Notes under the pieces: model-generated
Database searches by the model: none
Seen by the model: the letters and a program-made list of their open reading frames with translations, nothing else
What the model was told of the DNA's origin: nothing
Assembly: GCA_951406725.2 (NCBI GenBank)
Contig: OX597815.1
Location: 88,226,001 to 88,290,000 of the forward strand
Direction of reading: 5' to 3'
DNA: 64,000 nt
Source of the DNA: Octopus vulgaris
Lineage: Eukaryota
Position numbers and translations under genes: made by a program
Shown here: in pieces, positions 36,501 through 50,600 of the stretch
Layout: each line of letters begins with the position of its first letter
Numbering within the stretch: position 1 is the first letter of the stretch

Positions 36501-39500
36501 TGATGAACTCCCTGCAAATCTCCTAAAGAAATGTAAAAGAGCTCTAGCTAGACCGCTTCAAATCCTTTTCCAGGAGTTCCTCAGGATGGGGAAACTCTCC
36601 AAAAAGCTAAAAGAGGGAATAATATGCCCTATCCATAAGGGAGGAAGCAGGGCAGAGACCTGTTTCTCTGACCTCCCATGTCAGTAAAGTCATGGAGCGC
36701 ATTGTCAGGAAAAGACTGATTGAGTTCCTTGAGGACAATGACCTGCTCTCTGACACCCAACATGGCTTTCGCCCAGGAAGGAGCTGTCTTACACAGCTTC
36801 TGCGACACTATGACTGGGTACTGAAGCAACTAATGAACTGCTCAAAGGTGGATGTGGTATACCCCGACTTTGCGAAAGCATTTGACAAGGTTGACCATGG
36901 AATAATATGCTACAAAATACGGGGACTCGACATCACCAGTAAAGTCGGAGAATATGAAAACAAAAATTTATGCCACCGAACTGGGAGGTGAGGAGAGAAC
37001 TTTTGGAAAAATCACAAGATCTGATTTTTTCCCTCATAACTTTTAGGAAAATGGATATCTTTTAATGAAATTTTGGATAAATACCTTTCAAACAGCATAG
37101 ATTATAAAGAAATTTGAGAATTTGTTTCTCTCACCGTGATGCATGGGATTTTTTTTAAAACCTTTTTTTATTAATCAAACTAAAAATAAATGAATCTAAA
37201 AATTTTTGGGTATTCTTTCATTACAAACAGCATAGTTGTCAAATTCGATCATATGGGATCATATGATTGTTCGTGAATTTCCGTGAAAAATTAGAATACC
37301 AATTTTTTTTCAAACTTTTTCTATTACATTCAAGCAAAATAATTTATGAATTTCTTTCTCTGTGAAAGTCCTCAAAAATTTTCTCCACAAATTTCTTTAT
37401 AATTGTAATCTATGCTGTTTAAAAGGTATTTCTGATCCATTCCAAAGTAAATAATATCCAGTATTTATGTTGACTTATTTACGTGTTTAATATTCCTAAA
37501 CTGCACAATTACCCTCCTCTCCCCACCCCCTGTTCGTTGGTGCCAATTTTTGTTTTCATATTTGTTTAATACATTTTTTACACCTATTACAGGTACTTTT
37601 TGGTTATCTCACCCCCATTAAAAAATTGGGTGATCCCCTAACTAAAAAAAATTGTTTAACCTCAATAAAACAAAAATGAAAAAAATTAATAAACATGAGA
37701 AGTGTAAAGAACTTATTGAATTAGATAATATTTTTATAACAATTCACACAAAACTGAAAAAAATTAATCAACATGAAAACTGAAAAAATTAAACATCTTA
37801 TTGAATCTGATAACTACTATGCCTATTGAGGAGGCCCAAAGTCAACAGTGTGTTGAAGTATTGAGTCAAAAGGATCTAACCCTTTTAACCCAATCTCTTG
37901 TCACCACATAAACTCAATTTTTTAGTGGGGAGGTAATCCAATTTTTTAATGGAGGTGAGACAACCAAAAAGTACCCTATTACACTTGTTTTTATTTGTTT
38001 TGGTGTCTGGGAGTTAAAGTAAACATTAACCCTGAATTTTGTTGCTATTTTTAAGAAATTTCATGTAGATATACATATGTGACGTGTCAGCAAGTATGCG
38101 TACGTGCCCATTAAATTTATATTTTCATGTTACATTACGATATAATTGTTATCTACTCACTCTGAAAGGTATCTACAGAAAATTTCATTAAAAAATTACC
38201 AATTTTTCTAAAAGTTATGAAGAAACAAAACCGACTTGTGTGAATTTTCAGAAACTCCGCACCCCACCTTCAGAAAAAATTTTTTCACCACATATTCCAA
38301 TATCATCTGAAGCGTGTTTGTAAAAAATCTTTTAAATATCCATTTTTCTGGAAGTGAGACAACAAAGTTAGTGGGGTAGGGATGGGGGAACACACATGTT
38401 GAAAAGCCCAACTTTAAAAGAAATTTTAAAAAAGAAAATATATGAATTTCCAAATTTACAGCATGGCAAAGAATAAAATGAATACAAAAGATAAATTTAT
38501 TCAGTGCAACATTTGAAAATGTTCTGTTACAATATGTGTTAGTGTTCAGAACAAAGAAAATATTAACTATTTTTCATTAACCTAACTTTGATAAAATAAG
38601 TCATCCTTGTCGTCTTCATGTATCGTATGCTTTTGCAGCATCTTGATGACAGTACAACAAAACTCGAGCATCCCCATCGCATGAAGCCACCACGTTACAT
38701 TTTTCTGTTTTTTCAGATTTGGTTTGCCAAACCTACTTACAAGGCTCTGTAGAAGACAAAGTACTGCTCAGTGTGACTGATCTTGAAACCCCGTTGCAAA
38801 ACGAATTTTTAGCCACTCAACGATGCCTTTCTTTGCCTATGCAATAAAAGTTTGCTTTTAAGAAATTATTTTGTTGTGGAAAAGAACTGAATGAAATTCT
38901 CTATTGTAGATGTATTAATCTTTTTTTTTTTCTTTTCTATATTTTATAGATGATGAGTATGACTGTACCTTTGACCATTTCAGAGGATCAAGTAATTTTT
39001 CCACACCGGTTAAAAAACCCATCAGCCTTAGTCAAATATTTAACAATAGCAAAATTAAAAATCAAAATAATTCAAAGTCTTTCAAGAAATCACCAAGTAA
39101 ATTTAAATCTACACCTAAAGTTAGGAAGAAATTGTCTTCACTGTCCCTGTCAACGCAAGCAACATTATCAATTGAAAATCAAAAATTGATTATTACACCT
39201 CCAAAATCACATAGTTATAACACTTCCAAACAGATTACACCTATAAAACCTTTATTAAAATCTCCTTCATGTAGTTCTGTGACTAAAACTCTACCTTATT
39301 TTCACTGTGATAACTTGTCACCTCATACAGTTCAGAAGCATCTTAACACTTCATCAAAGCTATTGAATGCACTGGACAGTGAAAAAAATTTAACATATCA
39401 AGTTGAAAAAAATACCGTTTGTTCTCCTCAAGCAGTTGGCAGTGGCATTTCATTGGGAAATGTATCTAACTCATTAAGAAGGAAAGAGTTGGGAGAACCC

Positions 39501-42500
39501 AGCAAAAGACAATTATTTTTGTCAGATGACTGTGATGATAATGGAAGCAATAAGAGTGTTTCAAAACCTTCCTCACCAGCCATTTCAGATATTGCAGAAA
39601 CTCAAGAATTGTTTACACCAACAGAAGACAAACTTTCAACGTCTGCATTTTCTGCACATTGTTCATCTGACACTACTGAATCATATGAAGATAGTGATTT
39701 TGTTTCCCCAATGTCAGTTCCTGACTCACCATATTCCAGTACTTCTACTATAACTTTTGATATCCAGGAAGATGATTTCTATAACATTTCTTTATCTTCA
39801 TCTCCTGTTAAAGATGTTGACACAAATCTTCCTTTTTCTGATTCTGGAGTGACATGTGAGACTCTGACAAAATCACAGAAAGTAAATGAATTTTCTTCTT
39901 TAAAAGATAATGACAAAATATTCTCCCAGGTTGTTAATGCTAGTAATAAAACACCTCTAAAGAAAAAACCTTTGGTCTTTCAGAAGAGGGTAACATCTAA
40001 AAGTAAATTACAGAAAGCAAATTTCTGCTCACCAAGAAAACTTTGTTCAACTTCAAAGCAAACTAATTTGAAGAATAAATCTACGAAAACTAGTCAGTAT
40101 AACCAAACTTCCCTCATGTCATTTTTTCAGTCTAATATTTCTTCTAAGGAAATTAGCAAATCCGTGTCAGTTCCATTTCAAACAACTTGTTCAAGAACAG
40201 TCAATAAGTCTTCAGTTAATGAATCTTTTCTGGTGACAGATGACACAACAGTTAAAAAATCCCTTTCTTGTTCTTCCCCAAAGGAAGAAGTATCAAAAAC
40301 TGCTCTATCCCTTGACCAATTCAAGCAGTTATTTCACAAACCACCTGTAAAACAACAGGCTGTTACCACAGAAAGTTCAACCCCAACATCATCATCATTA
40401 CCAACACTACCAGTCAGCGAAAACTATCAGGAGAGAAAATTTTATGTTAGTCGATGCCCATTCTACAAGAAAATACCAGGTTTTTCTTTTCATTTTCATA
40501 TATGTATTTTAAAATTTGGTTATCTTTTACTTGTTTCAATTATTAGACTGTCAGTATGCAAGGGCAACATCTTGAAGAATTTTTTGTCGAATGAATTGAC
40601 CCTAGTACTTTATTTTTTTAAAGCTTGGTACTTATTCTATTGGTCTCTTTTGCCGAACCATTAACTTGGTGTAAACACACCAACAGTGGTTGTCCTGATT
40701 GTCAAGCACTGGTAGGGGACAAATACAGACACACAGACATATATAATGGGCTTTCAGTTTCTGCCTACCAAATCTACATATAACACTTTGGTCAACCTGA
40801 GGCTGTAATAGAACATACTTGCCCAGGTGCCATGCAATGAGACTGAATATAGAACTATGTAGTTGGGAAGTAAGCTTATTACAGAGCCATGTCTATATCT
40901 GTTTTCCATACTAACAAAAATTGACCTTTATTAGTGAATGGATAAAACTGTTTGGTTGGTTGAATTTATTGATTCAGACATTTGATAGTGTTGTTTCACT
41001 GGTTACTTTGATAATGCCAATCACTGCTCTCTTCTGTTGAAGAGACTATAGCTTATGTGAATATGTTTGTGCTTCAATATAGTCAATCTTGTAATTTCTT
41101 ATGTTACTGTTCTTATTGTTGTATTGTAGATGTGTTACATCATTATTGAGTGTCTGTTATGTTTATACGTGATATTGATGTAAACATTGTATTATTACTT
41201 AGTCCAGTGTCTCATTGTTCTGAGTTCAAATCCTGCTGAAGTCAATGTTTCCTTTCACCCTTCCAGTTTTGATGAAATAGAGTACCAGTCAAGTACTGGA
41301 ATTGATTAATTGACATATTCTCTCCCCTGAGATTTTAGGTTTTGTGTCTTAATCAGAAATAATTATTATTATGATAATATATTGGCAGAATTGCTGGAGC
41401 ATTGGAAGAATATCTTGTGTTATTTGTTCTACTTCTTTACATTCTGAGTACAAATCTGGCCAAACTTGACTTTGCTTTTCATCCTTGTGGGTCAATAAAA
41501 TAAGGTACTGGTCAATACTGGAGCCAATGACCTAACACCCTCCCCTTAAAATTGCTGGCTTTGTGCTTAAATTAGAAACTGTGGCCAATAAAAGAATTAA
41601 TTATTATTATTGAGTGGGAGAGCAGCGCATGCCATCAAAGTGACACTGGGGTACAAATATACGAAGCCCAATATACCCATCACGACTACCTAACTGATAA
41701 GGGTACATCAGGCACATGCGTCACAACCACATGCACACGGCATGGTGATCTCATATCAAGATAAACAGTGCATGACCTTGCAGGTGGAGCCCAGTTGGAA
41801 TTTTCTTCATGTTGAGTAGCCCATCCTGATCAAAGGGTTCTTGAATAAGGTTTGTTTAAGCACGGTGACGGAAATGCTCATGTTCCCAGAGGTGACTTAT
41901 TAAAACCTCAAAGAATTCCTCTCAACACATGGCTATGATGCTCTCTCTCTCTCTCTACTTCTGCTCATGATCAGAGACGCACATATCAGCCACTAAGGGA
42001 CATGCTCAACTGGTTAATGACTAGCAAATATGTGGTATTGAGCAGAATATCTGCTGTGTCCCATTTTTTACGCCAAGACAAAACATGTACAGGGTAGCAC
42101 TTCCAATCAGCTAAGATCAGAAGCCATGAAATCCAGTGCCTGGTATTGTATCAGGGCATTTATTACCTCTGCCATTTGTTTGTTTAAGATATCTCAAGAA
42201 CCACTGGATGGATTTGGATGAAACTTTCAGGGATGTTTGGCTTCATGACTGGCACGAACTGATTAGATTTTGGGATTGATCCAGTTCCGGACAAGGATTC
42301 TGGATTATTTTTGCAGATTTTTTACTTAATTTTTGAGAGCGGTCAGGTTCATTTTTAGCATTCTCGTTTGTGAGAGCAGTCGAGTTTATTTCAGATATTC
42401 TTATTTTAAAAATCATCTCTGGCTAATCATTAGGAGGATGTTGGTGTTGCCTTGGCGGAGGTTTGCGCTCTCTGAGTGCTCTTGTTATTATCATCATCAT

Positions 42501-45500
42501 CATTATTATCAAAGTGGCTAACTGGCAGAATTGTTAGCATGCCAGGCAAACTGCTTAGCAGCATATCATCTGTCCTTAAGTTCTGAATTCAAATTCTGCC
42601 AAGGTTGACTTAGCCTTCCATCCTTTTGGCGTCTATAAATTAAGTACCAGTGAAACACTGGAGTTGATGTAATTGACTAGTCCTCACCCCCAAAATTACA
42701 AGCCTTGTACCTTTAGTAGAAAGGGTTATTATTATTGTTGTTCAAAAGCTATTTCATGCCAATTTAATTGACATGGTTTTTATCATGAGATTTGTTAACA
42801 TGTCTTCTCAAATCCCAAGAATCTTTCTTAGGATTCTTGTAGAATACAGGATGTCACTTTTCTGCAAGTCAACAATACATGTCTCAATTCCAATATCCTT
42901 CAACTTTGTAGATAGAAGTTTTGGTGTTGTGCTCCGTGCACCAATTACCACCAAGATAGTTTTTTCTTTTATCTTCAATAATCTTTTCATCTCTCTGGTT
43001 TTGTTCTGTTGTTTCTCATTTTTCTCAATTTCTTTGATATGGTATTGAAAAGTCTATGTTCTTGCACTGTTTGGTTTTTGTTCTTTATGACCATATCTTG
43101 TCTCCTTGCTTCAATATGTTCAATCCTGTAATTATTATTCACTGTCACAGCTTCTGGCTCATACCACTTTTCCATTACTTCAAATCCACAAATTTGGCTA
43201 ATGCATTCTACTGACACAATCACACCTGCATTTATACTCTTTTTGTGCTAGTTTAATGCACTTGCTTAGGAGATGGTTAATACTTTCATTCCCTTTTCCA
43301 CTCATTCTGTATTTATTTAACTTGTGTTGTTTATGGATTTGAAGTAATGGAAAAGTGGTATGAGCCAGAAGCTGTGATGGTGAATGACAATTACAGGAGT
43401 GAACTTATTAAAGCAAGGACTTAAAACAAACAGTGCAAATTCTAATTCTTTGTTCTTGAGAAGCCACAATTAGCAATTGATTCTCATTTCAGATTTCCAT
43501 TTGTCAGCAATAGCCGACATTCTTCACTTCCCATGTCCTCAGTTTGTTGCATGAATTGGTCGTGTAATTCCTTCTATCACCAGTTATTTGTTCTATTCTT
43601 TCTCTTCTTGAATCTCTCATTGATTCAGGGAATTTGTCAATATTTCTGATTGCAGATAATATTCTTCATTCATTATGTACATCAGTTTTTCAAACCCAAT
43701 ATCACAGCACTGATAGTGCCTTCTGTATTTAACAAACCTCTGCCTGCTTCACTTTTTAGTAAGTAGAGCCTGTCAGTATTACTTCTGGTTTGCTTTGTTT
43801 TGAGCACCTTCCTAATCCTTCTCTTGAGCTCTATGAAGAATTTCTTTCTTACTTCTCTTTCCTTTACCTTAATGGCCTGCAGCACTCTATCTCTCAGCAA
43901 TCTAATGATATCATTTTATATCTTTATACCATCAAATTATGACCTTTCTTCATAATTAAGCTGCATATTTATTCACCCCAAACTGTATACTAATATCCTT
44001 ACTAAATATTCTGACTGTCTGAACCAGAGAATCCAAATCATTTTCATTTTGATGAGGTCATTCATATATAGCAGAGGTTTCGTTTCCACCCTGGTTTTAG
44101 GAAGTTCATAGGCAAGTCCAGAGTTTTTCAGTATGCTTGTCAGAAGAATTAATGCAAATATGAAAAATAATGTAGAGAGTAAGTCTCCCCAAAATCTACC
44201 CCTCCATATTTTTACACTTCCAAATGATTCATTTTTTTCATATTAGCTTTTTTTTCCCATGATCTCATCACTTTTCTAAAAGAAAAACAATCTATTAATC
44301 TTCTCATTGACCACAAGTGTCTTCATGCATTCTAAAACCAATAGTGTATTATATTCTTGTATGTGTTCTAGTATCTGTTCAGTCTACGACTAAGTTCTTA
44401 TTCATATACCATTTAGTATCATGCAATAAATATACAATGGATCAGCAGTTCTGGTTGATTTCTTTCTGCATCATCATCATCATCATCATTTAATGTCCTC
44501 CTTCCATTCTGGCACGGGTTGGACAGTTTGACAGGAGCTGGCCAGGTAGAAGACTACCATACTTCTGTGTCTGTTTTGGCACGGTTTTTTTTTTATGGCT
44601 GAATGCTGTTCCCAACACCAACCACCCCACAGAGTAGACTAAGTGCTTTTTATGAGGCACCAGTACAGGCGAGGTCAGCTAGATGCTTTTCCAAATGCCA
44701 ACCACTTTACAGTGTTGACTGGATGCTTTTTAAGTGGCACCTGCACTGGCAGGGTCATCAAGTAACTTTGCAAGACAAGGAATTTTTGAGAGGGGAGGGG
44801 GAATTGGAGGAGGTAATCTTGTGCCAGATGATGAAAGATTAGAGTGTGACATAGTGACAGAAATAGATGTCTTACTGTAGAGGAGGTACATAATTACTCA
44901 GCCAGAGAGAGAGAGAGAGAGATCTTTTGTTTTTCAATTCAGTTAGCTGTGCCTCCCCATTTCCTATAAATTAGTGTCTACATGCCAGTGTAACAAACCA
45001 TTATTTTAATTATTTCAGGTACAAACATCACTGTTGATGCCTTCAAGTATGGAGTCATTCAAGGGTGTTGTGCATATTTTCTCACACACTTTCATTATGA
45101 TCACTACCAAGGTTTAACAAAGAATTTCTGTCAGCCGCTTTACTGTAGTGAAGTAAGAATCTCTTTTTTTTTCCTCTAAATATTTCTTAATTAACAAGAT
45201 AAATTTCTTGCCATTTGCGTCTTTAATCATTGTTTAATTCCCAATTAGAGTTATTCTATTTTTTCTGTTTCTACAATTGGAGATGATACAAATATTGCAA
45301 CTGTATTTCCTGCCTCCTATATTGTTGCTATTGTTGTTGTTTGTCATCTCTGATTTAGCAAAACTGTAATCAAAAATGTTTCAGCTATAATTCTTCTAAT
45401 TTTTTTTTTCAGTTATAGTGTATCTAAGCATTTGGGCAAGGCATTAAATTGCATCTGGTGGTGAGGCTCCAGTTTGAGAATATGGAGTTACCCCATAGTC

Positions 45501-47642
45501 ACTACTGCTCCCATATCTGCTGTGGCCCAGGAGGGGGTGATACAGTCAAGGGCCCCAATTATGGGTCACTTAGCAAAAAATGGTTCTATGGCTAAGGCAT
45601 ACAGAATTAGGTGAGCTGACTCTTAGATATGTGTTTCACAGGCTCACTAGCGTATGGACATGTCCAGATGTCATGTGAGTTAGTCCCTGTACCTAAGAAC
45701 TAAATAGTCCTGTACCTCAAAGATAAGCTAGGAATAGCAGGAGACTAACAGAGTAAACTGTAAATAAACTTACAGGAGGCAGTGGAAGATGGCTGCTATA
45801 TTTTTCCTAAGAAAAATCCACAATACTCAGACTTTTACATGGAAGTTCATGATCACTGATGCTTGCAAAACATGTATTGCACACGAGAGAGATAGAGAAG
45901 GGAGGTGGGGTAGTATTTAAGACTACATCATACAGGTGTTTTTTTTTTTTTGAGGCAATATTGGTGTTATTTGCAGTTGTTTTTTTTTCCATACTATAGC
46001 CTTTTAAAATTTGAATATGGCTAATAGAGGTCCACTCAACCACCTAGTACTACCTTTGTGGACTGGCTGGGATCTGTGAGTCTCGGGTTGAGAACTGCTG
46101 ATATAGAAGCTCCTTCACTGACTTGTTGACTACAGGTTCAGGAATGAAGAAGATGGTGTTTAACCATATTCTGTGAAAAAAACAAAAGTTAGTCAAATAT
46201 GTTTTGATACTGGATGCAAGATGGGCAGGTTTTTATAGTTTGATCATATGTATACCCTAATGCGTTATATTTCAGATGAAAATCACTATTTTAAGTCAAT
46301 TTATCTCTTCTGTTTTAGGTCACTGCTAATTTAGTGAAGCTGAAGATTGGTGTACTTAATCAGTACATTCACCCACTACCTTTATATTGTCCAGTTATTG
46401 TAGAGTCTGTTGAGGTCACTCTGATGGATGCCAATCAGTAAGTATTAAGAACACTGATTTTCATACTGATCAGTGTCTTCTATTGTAGCAGTAGGCCAAC
46501 CAAAGCTTTCTGTGTGGATTTGTAGATTGAAACTAAAAGAAAGTTCATATATGCTTGACCACTTTATTTTATTTTCTCTTATTCCTTTTTGTTGAAGAGT
46601 GTAGGCTTGAAATGTAAAAGACTTTTTCACATTCCTGAGTATCTAACTAATACACCTGCTTGTTGTTCATACACCTGTCTTTGTCTTTTATTTTTCTATA
46701 AATTTCAACTTTATATATATATGTATATATATATATCATCATTATATATATATATATATATACACATATATATAATGATGATTTGCCTTACTGGCACTTG
46801 TGCTGGTGGCACGTGGAAAAACATTCGAGTGAGGTCATTGCCAGTGCCGCTGGACTAGCTCCTGTGTAGGTGGCACATAAAAAGCACCATATGAGCATGG
46901 CCGTTGCCAGTACCACCTGACTAACCCTCGTGCCGGTGGCACATTAAAGCACCCACTACACTCTCGGAGTGGTTGGCATTCGGAAGGGCATACAGCTGTA
47001 GAAACTCTGCCAGATCATATTGGAGTCTGGTGCAGCCATCTGGTTTGCCAGACCTCAGTCAAATTGTCCAACCCATGTTAGCATGGAAAGCGGACGTTAA
47101 ATGATGATGATGAGTGTGTGTGTTTGACATCGTGTGATAACTGTAAATGAGTGTCACTGTCACACAAGCAATGTCATTCATTTCCATTATTCTGCAAGAA
47201 CATGTCTGACTATGGAAAATTTGTCTCAAATGAACTCCTGTCAGTGTCTCAAAAGACCAGTATTGAACTTGTAAATCACATCTTACTGTTTAAACAGAGC
47301 TTTCAAATATAATCTTGAGATATTTTACTATTTATATCTCATAGATGCAGGCTTGGCTGTGTGGTTAAGAACTTTGCTTTTCAACCACATGGTTTTAGGT
47401 TCAGTCCTACTGTGTAGCACTTTAGAAAAGTATCTATATCTATGGGCTGACCAAAGCTTTGTGAGTAGATTTATTTAGTACATGGAAACTAAAAGGAGCC
47501 CACTGTCTGTATGTATATATATATGTGTGTGTGTGTATGTATGTATGTATGTATCTATATATATATTATTGCGTCTGGGGAGAGTCATTCTCTTTTAGTG
47601 CCTTATTAAAATATAAAATGGCGACAATTTACCCATTGCACC

Positions 47643-47689
<47 letters not shown>

Positions 47690-50600
47690 CACACACATAT
47701 ATACATATATATACACATACATATGTGTTTGTGTGTGTGTTATCTTGACATTACATAATAATTGTAATAATTACAAGTGGTGTAATTCATTTCCAGTATT
47801 CTCTGAAAACATATCTAAGCGTAAGGAAATATTACCTTGCTTGGAAACAGGTGAAGGTTGGTGAGAGGAAGGGCATCTAACTGTAAAAAAAATACTGCCT
47901 CAATAAATTCTGTCTTGAGAAAATGGGTGTTAAAACAGTTTTAATTGGAATTCAACTCCAATTTTATGATGACATTTGCTAGTATCATGCAGGATACACT
48001 TTTGAGCTTCAGTCTTCTTTATTTTTTCTACAACTACCATAATTAATTCTGTTTTCTTGAAATCAACTTTTATGCAATTGCAAAATATATCTATTTCAAG
48101 AACAAATTTTGTCTGCTCCTGATAAACTTCTGTACTTTATCTACATCAGTAATGGTTACATTTGTCTAAGCATACAGTTGCATGTAAGTATTTGCTACTG
48201 ATGATGCTCAAAGAAACAGAAATCTGGATTTAATATTTCTACTGCTGCTGCTAGATGCTTTTTGTCTGCTACAAATATAGTTCTGTCTTTTTTTAGCATT
48301 ATATGTCAATATGAACATTTTTCTTGAGATGAAGACTACATTTTCCTGGCTTTCTGCAGTATATCCATGTTAAATAAGATATACAGAATGATATTTTAAA
48401 AAAAAAATCTGTTTTCCCTTTTTAAAAATATATTTTTTTATTTCAAGCTGTCCAGGTTCGGTTTTGATTCTTTTCAAATACTCAGACCAAAATAAGCAGA
48501 AAGTGGTTTTGCATACTGGAGACTTCCGAGCTGATTCAATCATGGAAAAATACAATGCATTGCAGAATGTCAAAATTAATCAATTATATTTGGATACAAC
48601 GTAAGTTTGTGTTTACACACACACACGCAGAGTGAGAGTGCATGGCCTAGTTGTGAGAGTGTTGGACTCATGATTGCAAGATTGTGGTTTCAATTCCTGG
48701 AGTGGGTTTATGTGTTGTGTTCTTGAGCAAAACACTTCATCTCATGTTGCTTTGCAGCACATTGACACCTGATGTGTGCGTGGTATACTGTGCAAATGTG
48801 TTGATTTGCTGGGTGGGGGTATGAGTTAATGTACAGCACAAACATTTGATCACTATAAACAAGTCATTTTGTGCAAGTTGTTCAGCAAGAAATTGCAGAG
48901 CCATCTTTCTTGGACTGTGAGAGACTACTATCGTATATATATATATATATAGGTAAACAGTAAAAATAATTACAGACATGGACAAGAACATGAAACGCCA
49001 CAGAGACGACACAAGAACCACAGGACGGGACATTCGAAGCCCTCAGTCATCAGTCAAGAACCAGATCATCTTAGCAATTTCGGCTGATTAATCTTGAGAT
49101 TGCTCCGATATGGCCAGCCCGCCACGGGAAATCTAAGCCAAGTGCATTAGATCCCCTGGAAGAAAGCTTCGAATGTATACAACACGAGGACGGAAAACGA
49201 ACGAAGTACACGAACAAAAATACACACACACATTCATCAGTTCATAGAGCTCCCACCTCCTGATACATCTAAGTGATCAGTAACTCAAAAAAATACATGG
49301 ACTGATAACTCATCTAACCAATGTCAGCATGGAAAGCTGCTGTATACAGCAGAGGCTTCTCCTCCTCCTCTCTTCCATCCCTTTTCTGATACTTATCTTA
49401 ACATCATTTAACATTCATGTTCCATGCTGGCATTGGTTGGAAGTGATGGACCCAAGGACTGCATCATCCCTGTCTGTCTATTTTGGCATGGCTTCTACAG
49501 CTTGATATTACCAACCACTTCACAGCAATGTACTGGGTATTTTTTCTTGTTCCACCAGCACTAGTGAAGTTGACATGCAGATTGCAAAACTACAAACCCC
49601 AGGAGATGTGGATTTGTGCTTGGGTATGAATGGTTAAAATATGTGAGAAGAAGCCAGGTAAAGAGGCTATGTGACTACTCACCTTTTTGAAGAAATGGTG
49701 GGGATGATCAGAGTGGAGAAGGGAAGAAATAAAAACAGTGTTGAGGTCGCTGGGTGGACCCTCAAGGTATGAAATGAGTAGAAATGAATAGGGGTAGAAG
49801 AACCAGGAGTATCGGTGGTTAGAAGCTGCAAGAGTGTGAAGAAGAGTGAGAGATGACAAATGGGTTAGGGGTTGGATATAATGAATGAAAAACATGTGTT
49901 GAATGGATGATAAGTAAGGATGGTAGGTAAGAGTAGGTGACAACTGCAGAGATGGAATAGGGTTGAGAGAGGGTTTAATGAATGGTGGATGAGGGGTGGG
50001 GGTGAAAAGTAGTTGAATGTAATACCCATACAATAAGCAGACAAAGCATGAGAAAGAGGTGACTAGTGACTTGGGTAGGTCGTGAGAGTGGTAGGAGAGG
50101 CATAGTGCATGGGGAGAGTGTGAGGCATGGTGGTGGGGAAGGTGAAATGATTTGCTGGCTCGGGCAGAGAGGGGTAAATGTAAAATGTGAGTGGAGGACA
50201 GTATTAAGGGTGGGAATTGATATCAGGTGAGATGATTCTGAGTAGTGAGAAAGATTAGTGATATAGAAAGCTACAGACAGAAAGATGAAAGGTAGTGGAA
50301 GTGTCTTGGAGAAAACTGGGCAAAGAGCCCAGATGTGCATTCACACAAACACAGCGCTTCTAGATCTTAGTTTCATTGAGTTGGGTGGGTCTTCTCAACA
50401 TATTGCCAGTCATCCCAGTCTCTTGTCATCTTTCAGAGGTTCAAAGTCCTGAGATCACCCTTCACCACTTCATCCCATATCTTTTTTGGTCTCCCTCTTC
50501 CGCGAGCTCTACTCACATTAAGTAATCAATTTTTCTTTATACAGCTGTCCTCATCCATATGCATCTCATGTCCATACCATTGCTGTCTTCTTTCTTGCAC

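Noticed and set aside
40480-40664. C-terminal extension of ORF 39132-40664 ([11 protein letters not shown]...)
   Set aside because: Intron read-through; SNM1A homology continues in exon 3 after the donor at 40480.
49590-50340. Long ORFs in purine/pyrimidine-skewed tracts (also 24229-24561, 27122-27583, 28922-29356)
   Set aside because: Compositional artefacts of low-complexity, TE-associated sequence.
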